NCBI GenBank assembly: GCA_031409335.1
Contig: JANNWY010000288.1
Span: 1 to 22,757 of the forward strand
Direction: 5' to 3'
DNA length: 22,757 nt
DNA from: Chthoniobacteraceae bacterium
GTDB taxonomy: Bacteria; Verrucomicrobiota; Verrucomicrobiia; Chthoniobacterales; Chthoniobacteraceae
The notes beneath the pieces are model-generated. The model did not search any database. It was not told where the DNA came from and saw nothing but the letters and a program-made list of their open reading frames with translations. The position numbers were made by a program, and so were the translations under genes. Below, one piece after another: positions 1 through 7,977 of this stretch (position 1 is the stretch's first letter; each line of letters starts with the position of its first letter).

Positions 1-687
1 TGGGAAGTTGCGGCGATGCTGGCTGATGTGGACAGCTTCTGCTTCGGAGCAGGCTGCGGCGGCAGTTGCGTGGCAAGCTTCGGGAAGCTGGACCGTGCCG
101 AGTGATGTCATTCGGTCCGCTTTGGCCATCTCGGGAATCAAGTGGCCGGAGATGGTTCTGCCGTCGCGGGCGTAGGCGAGCATCATGGCTTCCTGCATCG
201 CCCAAGCGTAGTCGCCGCGCACGAAGCGGATGAGGCCGTCGTCGCAGTATTTACTGCCGACAGGATGAGTTGAGTCAACGGGCTTGGCTTCGATGAACAG
301 GCCTTCGAACTCAGAAAGAACAGGTCGCGGTTCTGATTCGTCGTCGCGAAGTTTGAGGAATAGGTCCGGAGTCTTGGTCAGGCGCGTGCCATCATAGTTG
401 GCCCACTGGCCTTGGCGGATGACGGTCTCGAATCTGCGTTTGTTGAAGCCAGACACTTCTCCGCTCTGGCGCAGACTGTTCTCAATCGTGCTGCGAAGCG
501 CAGCGGTTACTTGGTCTTCGGTCGCGGCAGCGAGGTTGTAATTCTGTTCGCGCAGCAACTCAAAAGCCCGGAGCAGCACGCGGCGAATGAGCAGGATGCC
601 AGGCAGTTCGAGGCGCGGGTGCGGGAGATGGTAACGGTCCGGCGGAACGCCGAGCGTGAAAAAGCCCGCTGTTTCTGCTGAGCTCAT
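1..687 (-). CDS. PD-(D/E)xK nuclease-like protein, partner of the N6-adenine methyltransferase (3' end beyond window)
   Basis: Translated by hand; absent from the ORF track because it has no stop in the window. ATG at 687-685 overlaps the MTase TGA (ATGA). Open for 229 codons: MSSAETAGFFTLGVPPDRYHLPHPRL...ATEDQVTAAL...TKTPDLFLKL...GLFIEAKPVD...YCDDGLIRFVRGDYAWAMQEAMMLAY...HISQHRRNFP. E57, P107-D108 and E133-x-K135 fit the PD-(D/E)xK catalytic motif. Confidence 0.8.
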   Translation of the reverse strand, partial: MSSAETAGFFTLGVPPDRYHLPHPRLELPGILLIRRVLLRAFELLREQNYNLAAATEDQVTAALRSTIENSLRQSGEVSGFNKRRFETVIRQGQWANYDGTRLTKTPDLFLKLRDDESEPRPVLSEFEGLFIEAKPVDSTHPVGSKYCDDGLIRFVRGDYAWAMQEAMMLAYARDGRTISGHLIPEMAKADRMTSLGTVQLPEACHATAAAACSEAEAVHISQHRRNFP

Positions 688-3600
688 GCGTGCTCGGGGA
701 GACCGCAGGCGCCGAGTCGTTCGCGGATGATGTGTTGTGCGCAGAGACGGGCGCGGGTGACGGTCCACCAGCGACGCTGATTCAGCAGGCCAATGAGTAA
801 GCCGCGTTTGCCGGGCGCGTGGACAATGATGCGGCTGCAGCCGCGCTGGTTGGCTGCGTCCATCGCCTTTCGCATCAGGCTCGGACTAATTGGCACCGAG
901 TCGGACTCGCGGGAAACGGCGAGGAAGAACCACGGCTCGCGCCAAGTGTCCGGCTGGAATTCCGCCTCGCGCACGGCAGCGCGTTCGCCGCAGACATCGA
1001 AATACGGCTCCAATTCTTCGCGCAGTGCCTGCACGAAGCCAGCGCGCGTGTCGCGAGTCGTGCGGTCGAGCGCGGCCTTGCCCGCCTTGCGATACGAGGC
1101 GGCGGCGAAGAGCGTGTCCTCGGCGACCTGCACCGCGTCCGCATCAAGGCCGTAGAGGCGGAATATGAATTCATTTATCTCCCGCCACGGCTTGCTGGCA
1201 TCATGCTGAAGCCGCTGCGCGAGGCTGCGGATGGTGGCCTTCGTTGCCGCAGGGAGCGTCTTGAGGTCTGGGAAAGGCAACGAATCAAAATCCTGTTTCG
1301 TCAAAAGCATCCGGTCGGCACCCAAAGACACGCTGACCATCAGACCGAAGTAGCGAAACAGAGTGCTGTGAGCCAAGAGGAAGACGAGCGCAGCCAAAGT
1401 CTCGGCTTCCATATGCCCAGCACAGGAGTAGCCGTAAAAACTCTTCGAGAATGCCACAGGTTTGGTCGCAATGTAGGCACGCGGCGCAAATTCATCATCC
1501 CCCGGGGCTCTAGGCACGATGACCAACGGCGGCTGAAAAAGTTCTTCGCGCCTTGGCATGTTGGCGGAGGCTTTTCCTTTCTCATTCGTTCCGTATGTAT
1601 CCCCGTAGGTCGTGAGCGACGAATACTCGATGTGGTATCCCGCTTCTGGAACCTTGAAGACGGGCAGCTTGGCGAGGAACTCCACCCACTTTTGAGGCGA
1701 CCCCGGTCCCTTTGGGGTGCGCGGGGCTCGATTATATCCTTCGCCAGTTTGATTGCCTTTCACATCCCATTCGAGCCATCGGTCGATGAGAGTCTTGAGG
1801 TCGGGATTCATCAGGCCCTCCATCACTTCAACATCCAGCCAAGTGCCGAGAGCGAGTGTTTTGAGCAGCCAAGGCTGCTTCTCGACGCGGGCGATGCTCA
1901 GAGGTTGGGCGGTTTCGTAATCAATGCGGAAGCGGCCACCTCCGTTGAGGTCGGGTTCGTAGCTGGGTGTTGCATATTGGAAGCGGTGGTCGGGACGGGG
2001 CTTTGAATTGCGCGCAAAGAAAACACAAAAAGGCATGTCCACACCGTCCCACACCGCAGTCTTCCGCAGGTCCGCTCCATTGATAAGCCCCGTAACCTCG
2101 ACGCTATGGAGCACAGCACGCCACGCCTCGAAACCTTTTCCGGACGTGCGTCCGAACAGCCGGGCAGGCATGGCGAGGGCGATGACACCGCCATCTTTGG
2201 CCCACTCCATTGCACGCCAAAGGAAAGGCAAGTCGGGATTCTTGTCGGGGTTCTGGAAGCGTTTGGCGAAGTTGTCCAAGCCGCGTGCGGCGAGCACGCG
2301 ACGGCCAATGGCGGTGAACTCTTTGTTCAGTTCATCGGTGGCGGACTTGCTCGCCTTCGTATCCGCATCGTCGTCCTCATCTTTGTCGTCGCGCAGGCGC
2401 GTCCACGGCGGATTGCCTATGACGATGTCGAACGTCTTGTCGAAATCCGGTGAGACTTCCGGGCCGAGACTGCCCAGCGGGAATGCCTTCTTCCCCTCGA
2501 CTTCTTCGCCGCCAAAACGGTAGAGTACTTTGCCGCGCAGGTTGCGCGGGAACTTGAGGGCCTGCGGTGGACGCGGGCTGGCGTTGAGTTCGATGGCGGT
2601 GATGTAAAGCGCGAGGGCGGCGAGGCGCAGGGCGGATTCGCTGATGTCGAAGCCTCGCACCTGATTGTAGAGGATGTCCTGGATGACCGAAGTCTTGGGT
2701 CGTTCACCGCCATTCCATTGCTCGCGGACGAGGCGACGGAACGCGAGCACGAGGAAAATCCCCGCGCCGCACGAGCTATCGAGCACCTTCGCGCCCGCGT
2801 TGTCCTTCGTGGCGGCGAAGGCCTCCTCCACCATCAGTCCGGCGATGGTGCGCGGGGTGTAGTGGACGCTCGTATCACGCGCCGCGAGCGGGTCAGCACG
2901 ATGACTGAAGCTCTCATACACCTGACTGAGCACTCCGACGGGGATGTGCGCGAAATCGAGGTCACCCCAGTCGAGTTCGCCTTGGAAGTCCATGCCGATC
3001 GACCGCAGGCCGCGAAGGATGGCTTCCAGATAATCGAAAACTCGCTTACCAACACCGACACGACGCTGCGTGCGCTGGTAGAAACGAAGATAAGCAGCTT
3101 CGCGTGCAACGCGGTCGTCAGCAGGAATAGATTCCGCGATAAGCGGAAGAAAATCGCCGTTGAACGTCTTGTCGAGCCAGGCGGAAGTCTGGGCAGCTTT
3201 CTCAGCCGAGGAGAAAGCGTCTTTGAGTCCTGCGGTGGCCGCCGGGCAAATGCCCTCCGAACCGTGAAGTTCACTTTCGAGCACAATGTGGCGGTCGATA
3301 AGAAATCGAAAGAACAACGCCCGTCCCGCCATCGAAAGAACTTCCAAGGCCCGCTCCGCTTTGTCGTCGCCAGCCGCCGGCACCAATGCGTCCGTCATTT
3401 GCGTTAGTAGTCCGAAAATTTCATTGAAGACGTAGTCGGTGCCGCGCAGCAGATGGTTCTTCTCAAAGGTGCCATGCACGAGGCTCTGGAAGAACATCGG
3501 AGCCGTTGTGCTGCGTTCCTCAATGGTCCAGACGGGACGCGCGTCGGCAGCCTCGTGGAAACCAATGGGGAAGATTTCCAGCGAACCGGGCCGCACCAAG

Positions 3601-3902
3601 CCGAGCCACGCCGGATCGCTACGGTTGGCAAGTTGACGGCGCACAGCGGCCAGCGAATCCGCGTCGCTTTTCACATCGCCGCTCGCATCCACGAGATAGA
3701 GCAGTGCTGTGCCTTGATGCTCGGCTACGGCTGTGAGCACAGGCGTGTGATTGCTCTGCTTCGGCAGCAGGTCGAGGTAGTCGAGTTGACCGGGAGCAGA
3801 GAGCTTTTCATCCAGCCGAATGATAACGTCACTCGTGCATCCGTAGGCAGCGAGCCGCTGGGCCAGCGGGCGCGCGTCAGTGCTGGAAGATGCGGTCGGC
3901 AT
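684..3902 (-). CDS. Large gamma-class N6-adenine DNA methyltransferase (N-6 DNA methylase, Type IIG-like layout with putative C-terminal TRD)
   Basis: 1072 aa. Motif X HYTPRTIA, SAM-binding motif I VLDSSCGAGIFL, GFDI, catalytic motif IV IVIGNPPW, and an upstream helical domain (DFAHIPVGVLSQVYESF). Confidence 0.92.
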   Translation of the reverse strand: MPTASSSTDARPLAQRLAAYGCTSDVIIRLDEKLSAPGQLDYLDLLPKQSNHTPVLTAVAEHQGTALLYLVDASGDVKSDADSLAAVRRQLANRSDPAWLGLVRPGSLEIFPIGFHEAADARPVWTIEERSTTAPMFFQSLVHGTFEKNHLLRGTDYVFNEIFGLLTQMTDALVPAAGDDKAERALEVLSMAGRALFFRFLIDRHIVLESELHGSEGICPAATAGLKDAFSSAEKAAQTSAWLDKTFNGDFLPLIAESIPADDRVAREAAYLRFYQRTQRRVGVGKRVFDYLEAILRGLRSIGMDFQGELDWGDLDFAHIPVGVLSQVYESFSHRADPLAARDTSVHYTPRTIAGLMVEEAFAATKDNAGAKVLDSSCGAGIFLVLAFRRLVREQWNGGERPKTSVIQDILYNQVRGFDISESALRLAALALYITAIELNASPRPPQALKFPRNLRGKVLYRFGGEEVEGKKAFPLGSLGPEVSPDFDKTFDIVIGNPPWTRLRDDKDEDDDADTKASKSATDELNKEFTAIGRRVLAARGLDNFAKRFQNPDKNPDLPFLWRAMEWAKDGGVIALAMPARLFGRTSGKGFEAWRAVLHSVEVTGLINGADLRKTAVWDGVDMPFCVFFARNSKPRPDHRFQYATPSYEPDLNGGGRFRIDYETAQPLSIARVEKQPWLLKTLALGTWLDVEVMEGLMNPDLKTLIDRWLEWDVKGNQTGEGYNRAPRTPKGPGSPQKWVEFLAKLPVFKVPEAGYHIEYSSLTTYGDTYGTNEKGKASANMPRREELFQPPLVIVPRAPGDDEFAPRAYIATKPVAFSKSFYGYSCAGHMEAETLAALVFLLAHSTLFRYFGLMVSVSLGADRMLLTKQDFDSLPFPDLKTLPAATKATIRSLAQRLQHDASKPWREINEFIFRLYGLDADAVQVAEDTLFAAASYRKAGKAALDRTTRDTRAGFVQALREELEPYFDVCGERAAVREAEFQPDTWREPWFFLAVSRESDSVPISPSLMRKAMDAANQRGCSRIIVHAPGKRGLLIGLLNQRRWWTVTRARLCAQHIIRERLGACGLPEHA

Positions 3903-4148
3903 CAGGCAGAACCTCTTCGGGGCTTGGAACTGACCGGTGCGAGATTCACCAAGTGCAGTGTTTTCGGGAGAAATCCGAACATCGAAGTCCCGAATTCAGC
4001 CACAGACGCAACCACGAGGAACTGTGCTTGTTCGTCGTGACAAATTCTGTGGTTTTCAGTGGCCGCGACTTTCATACGCGCAGGTTACCAAACTCAGATT
4101 GGTTTCACCACCGAACAAACGGGCGTTGTCTTCACAAGCGACAGCATT

Positions 4149-4214
4149 GTTTTTTGCGAGGGACCAGAGGCAGACGGGAATCTGCGTGCTGTAGAAGAGC
4201 TGGCCAGAGAGCGC
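4149..4214 (-). pseudogene. hsdM: Fragment of a Type I restriction-modification M subunit (hsdM) gene
   Basis: Residues ALSGQLFYSTQIPVCLWSLAKN within ORF 4056..4403 closely match the conserved HsdM segment (ALPGQLFYSTQIPxCLWFL). Flanking residues are not HsdM-like. Confidence 0.7.
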
Positions 4215-4387
4215 GAGCGCAGCCTGGAAGATCGCTTCGGCGCGGGCGTCAGTGGGATTCATGGGCGGAACGGAAGACATCATGCACAGACCTCCGCATC
4301 CCTGCGAGGAAAAGAGCAGTGAATACTGACTTATCCCTTTGCCCACGGGACTCGACAGCGCGGGGCGTTTCGCCTTATGCCGGGGCC

Positions 4388-6964
4388 ATGCGCATCCTGA
4401 CATTTTTTGCCATCGCCGGCCTCGCGGTCGCGGAGACGGTGGAGCCGGGTCGTTTTGAAAAGGACACGGTCGTCGCGGGCGGGCGCGACATCACGCAGTT
4501 CGACATCGCGGCGGATGGGCGCATCGTGTTTCTGGAGCGGGCAGGCGCGGTGAAGGTGCATGATCCCGCGACGCGCCTGACGATTCCTGCCGGCGATGTG
4601 AAGGCGCTGGCGAAGGGGGATGCCGGCGCGCTCGGGTTGGCGCTGGCGCGGGATTTCATGACCACGGGGCACGTCTTTCTCTACTACGCGCCGGATGCGA
4701 TGCGGCGCGTGATGCGGCTGGCGCGGGTGACGCTGCGCGAGGGGAAGATCGATCCCGCCCTGACCAGAACGCTGCTGGAAGTGCCGCTGGAGCCGGACGA
4801 AGGCCCATCGCACTGCGGCGGCGGGCTGTGGATGCACATTGACGGCACGCTGCTCATCGGCACCGGCGACAATTCGCCGCCGCAGGATGTGCCGGCGATT
4901 CATCCGGTGGAAACGAAGCGCGACTCGCGGCGCAGCGCTGGCAATTCCCAAGACCTGCGCGGCAAAATCCTGCGCATCAAGCCCGATGCCGACGGCGGCT
5001 ACAGCATTCCTGCGGGAAACCTGTTCACGGACGCCGCGCAGGGCCAGCCGGAAGTTTTCGCGATGGGTGTGCGCAATCCCTTTCGCGTCGCGGCGGACCC
5101 GCAGACCGGCTGGATCACGTGGGGCGATGTCGGCGGCAATGTGAAGGTCGAGTTCGGCCTCGGGCCAGAGGGTTATGACGAGATCAACGTGGCGCGCGCG
5201 CCGGGATTTTTCGGCTGGCCGTTTTGCTCCGGGCCGAACGCGCCGTGGCGCATGTTCGATCCGAAAACCAGCAAGCCCGCGGGCGAGCCGTACGATCCCG
5301 CACACATCATCAATGACAGCGCCGCGAACACTGGCCTGCGCGCGCTGCCACCTGCCCAACCGGCGGTGATTTTTTATCCCTGCACGGCCTCCGAGAAGTG
5401 GCCCTTCGTCGGCACCGGCGGACGCAGCGTGACCGGCGGCGTGTTCTTCCGCAGCACGTCGAAGTCGGAGTTGCGGCTGCCGGACAGCATGGATGGCGCG
5501 CTTTTTTTCGGTGAATGGATGCGCAACTGGCTGGCCATCGCGCGGCTGAAGGAGGACGGCACGCTGGCTTCGGCGGAGCGGTTTTTGCCGGACGTGAATT
5601 TTGCCAAGCCGACGGATTTCAAGATTGGCCCGGATGGCGCGCTTTACATCGCGGAGATGGGCGACAAATGGTCCGCGAATAGCGACAGCCGCATCACGCG
5701 CATCGTGTATCGCCGGGGAAATCGCGCGCCCATTGCCAAGGCCGCAGCGAGCGTGAACAGCGGTGGTCTGCCGCTGCGCGTGGAGTTCAACGCCAAGGGC
5801 AGCCGCGATCCGGACCAGGGCGACGCGCCGCGGTTTGCGTGGGATTTTGGCGGTGGAAAATCGGCCTCGGGCGCGGCGGCGGAACACACCTTCACCGAGC
5901 CCGGCGTGTGGCCGGTGACGCTGACGGTGACGGATGGCCGGGGACTCAGCAGCACCGCCGTGCTGAGCGTGGCGGCGGGCAACGAAGCGCCGCGCACCAC
6001 TTTCGCGGAGCCGCTGGATGGAGCGTTTTTTGAATGGGGCAAACCGATCGCTTGGCGGGTCGCCGCGCGCGACCAAGAGGACGGCGCGCTGCCGCTGGAG
6101 AAAGTGCTGGTGCAAATGGAACAGCGCGACCGCCTGGCCGCGAACGATGACAGCAACGCGTGGCCGGGTCTCGCGATCATGCGGCGCACGACCTGTTTTG
6201 CCTGCCATGGGGCGACCGAAAAATCCGCGGGCCCGCCTTACACCGAAGTGGCGCGGCGCTATGCCGCGGACGGCATGGTGCGTCCGGTGCTCGCGGCGAA
6301 AATTTTGTCTGGCGGCGCGGGCGTGTGGGGCGAGCTGCCCATGCCGCCGCATCCGCAGCACACTGCCGCGGAAGCCGAGCAGATGGTGGACTGGATTCTC
6401 TCGCTCTCCGGAAAACGCACGGAAACGCTGCCGCCCGGTTTGTCCGGCACCGCCACGGCGAAGGACGAAAAGCGTCCGTGGGGCCGCCCCGCCAACGGCG
6501 TGCTGCTGCTGACCGCCAGCGCGACGGACAACGGCGCGGCGGGCGTCCCGGCCCAGCGCGGGGAGCGCAGCATCGTGCTGCGCACACGGCAGCAGCGGGC
6601 GTGCTTCTTTGACCGCGCGCACCTCGCAGTCTCGCAGGACAACCTCGATCAGGGCGGTCAAGTGGCGCGCATCTCGTCCGGCGGCTGGATCAGCTTTGAC
6701 CGCGTGCGGCTCGATGAAGTCAGCAGCCTGCGCATCCAGTGCTGGCCGCAAGGCAACGGCCCGCTCACGCTCAGCGTCCGCACCTCGCCGGACGGTCCTG
6801 CGCTGGGCAGCGTGGAACTCCCGCCCGGCCCCGACACCGGCCGCGGCACGGAAGCAGTCATCGCTTTCACCGCGAAAACAACCGGTGTGCATGACGTGAT
6901 GCTCACCGTCAGCGGAAGTTCCGGCGCATTGGCCGACGTGATGCGCGTGGAATTTCTGCCCTGA
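4388..6964 (+). CDS. Secreted PQQ-dependent glucose/sorbosone-type sugar dehydrogenase with PKD, cytochrome c and C-terminal CBM6-like domains
   Basis: Likely start ATG 4388 (MRILTFFAIAGLAVAE, signal-peptide-like). GSDH motifs HCGGGL, IGTGDN, DLRGKILRI, YSIPAGNLF, FAMGVRNPFR, GDVG, YDEIN, FFGWP. PKD motifs FAWDFG and VTLTVTD. Heme c motif CFACH with PMPPHP. Confidence 0.88.
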   Translation: MRILTFFAIAGLAVAETVEPGRFEKDTVVAGGRDITQFDIAADGRIVFLERAGAVKVHDPATRLTIPAGDVKALAKGDAGALGLALARDFMTTGHVFLYYAPDAMRRVMRLARVTLREGKIDPALTRTLLEVPLEPDEGPSHCGGGLWMHIDGTLLIGTGDNSPPQDVPAIHPVETKRDSRRSAGNSQDLRGKILRIKPDADGGYSIPAGNLFTDAAQGQPEVFAMGVRNPFRVAADPQTGWITWGDVGGNVKVEFGLGPEGYDEINVARAPGFFGWPFCSGPNAPWRMFDPKTSKPAGEPYDPAHIINDSAANTGLRALPPAQPAVIFYPCTASEKWPFVGTGGRSVTGGVFFRSTSKSELRLPDSMDGALFFGEWMRNWLAIARLKEDGTLASAERFLPDVNFAKPTDFKIGPDGALYIAEMGDKWSANSDSRITRIVYRRGNRAPIAKAAASVNSGGLPLRVEFNAKGSRDPDQGDAPRFAWDFGGGKSASGAAAEHTFTEPGVWPVTLTVTDGRGLSSTAVLSVAAGNEAPRTTFAEPLDGAFFEWGKPIAWRVAARDQEDGALPLEKVLVQMEQRDRLAANDDSNAWPGLAIMRRTTCFACHGATEKSAGPPYTEVARRYAADGMVRPVLAAKILSGGAGVWGELPMPPHPQHTAAEAEQMVDWILSLSGKRTETLPPGLSGTATAKDEKRPWGRPANGVLLLTASATDNGAAGVPAQRGERSIVLRTRQQRACFFDRAHLAVSQDNLDQGGQVARISSGGWISFDRVRLDEVSSLRIQCWPQGNGPLTLSVRTSPDGPALGSVELPPGPDTGRGTEAVIAFTAKTTGVHDVMLTVSGSSGALADVMRVEFLP

Positions 6965-7041
6965 CGGCATGTGCTGAACCACGCCGGAGCGCAAAAGGAC
7001 ACGTTGTTGGAAATTGTCCGCCCCTCCGCTAACGTCCGCGC

Positions 7042-7791
7042 ATGGCCGATCCCACCGACGACACCGCCCCGTGGCTCGGCGCGTCCGCGCGATTTGCCAC
7101 GACGCAGTGGACGGCGGTTTTCATCGCGAGCCGCGAGGGGCCGGAGCGGACGGCGGCGCTGGAGAAATTTTGCGTCGCGTATTGGTATCCGGTTTACGCC
7201 TTCATCCGGCGTCGCGGGAATTCGCCGGACGATGCGCGGGATTTGACGCAGGAATTTTTCGCGCGGCTCATCGAGAAGGACTGGCTCGCCGGTGTGGAGC
7301 GGCGCGAGACGCGGTTCAGCACGCTGCTGCTCACGATCCTGAAACGTTTCCTCGTGAATGAATACGAGCGCAGCCAGACGGCGAAGCGCGGGGACGGAAT
7401 CGCACCCGTGTCGATCGACACGGCGCAGGCGGAATCGTGGTTCGGCGCGGAGCCTTCCACTTCCGAGACGCCGGAGAAAACCTTCGAGCGTCGCTGGGCG
7501 CTAGCGGTGCTCGCGACGGCGCTGGACCGGCTGCGGACGGAGCTGGAGGCGGCGGGAAAAGCGCGCGCGTTTGAAATCCTCAGTCCGTTTCTTTCGCAGG
7601 AGCCCGAGCCGGGCGACTACGAAAAAGCGGGTGCGGCGCTCGATCTCGCGACGCGCACCGTCGCGGTCACGGTGCATCGTCTGCGCCAGCGTTATCGCGC
7701 CGTGCTGCGCGAGGAACTCGCCGCGGGCTCGCACGACTCCGCGCAGGTCGAGGAGGAGATGCGTCATTTGTCGCAGGCGCTCACGAGCTGA
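7042..7791 (+). CDS. ECF-type sigma-70 factor, PVC kinase-associated type
   Basis: FATTQWTAV N-terminus, region 2 YWYPVYAFIRRRG...DARDLTQEFF, FERRWA, region 4 HTH (YEKAGAALDLATRTVAVTVHRLRQRY). Lies upstream of a Ser/Thr kinase. Confidence 0.9.
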   Translation: MADPTDDTAPWLGASARFATTQWTAVFIASREGPERTAALEKFCVAYWYPVYAFIRRRGNSPDDARDLTQEFFARLIEKDWLAGVERRETRFSTLLLTILKRFLVNEYERSQTAKRGDGIAPVSIDTAQAESWFGAEPSTSETPEKTFERRWALAVLATALDRLRTELEAAGKARAFEILSPFLSQEPEPGDYEKAGAALDLATRTVAVTVHRLRQRYRAVLREELAAGSHDSAQVEEEMRHLSQALTS

Positions 7792-7793
7792 TC

Positions 7794-7922
7794 GTTCGAT
7801 GTTCGATGTTCAAAGTTCGATGTTCGATGTTCAGCCCCGCGCAGCGGCGGTGGAATTCTGGAAGCGCGTTCCGAATGCACGGCGCCTGCGGCGGGCTGAA
7901 CATCGAACATCGAACATCGAAG
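7794..7922. repeat. Inverted arrays of GTTCGAT/ATCGAAC heptamers forming a long hairpin
   Basis: Six GTTCGAT-like units at 7794-7835 and four reverse-complement units at 7895-7922. Perfect 23-bp inverted repeat at 7815-7837 and 7893-7915. Confidence 0.9.
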
Positions 7923-7977
7923 TCGGAGACAGAGCGCAACACGGTAATCGCCCCGCAAAAATCCTGAGTAATCCACG

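Noticed and set aside
412..681. 89-aa plus-strand ORF
   Set aside because: Antisense to the motif-bearing, translationally coupled nuclease-like gene at 687..1.
684..3902. Assignment as BREX PglX, DISARM DrmMI or Type I HsdM
   Set aside because: No brx/pgl, drm, hsdR or hsdS genes are visible and the protein is far longer than HsdM. Sequence left of the window is unseen, so this is not fully excluded.
3890..4387. 166-aa N-terminal extension of the 1024-aa ORF
   Set aside because: No protein-like features and it overlaps the MTase start and the scar region. A signal peptide begins at ATG 4388.
4331..6994. 887-aa minus-strand ORF (likewise 7831..10311 and 14769..16670)
   Set aside because: Arg/Ala-rich antisense shadows of high-GC genes with no motifs.
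7794..7922. Possible CRISPR array
   Set aside because: Units are contiguous 7-mers without unique spacers, and no cas genes are present.
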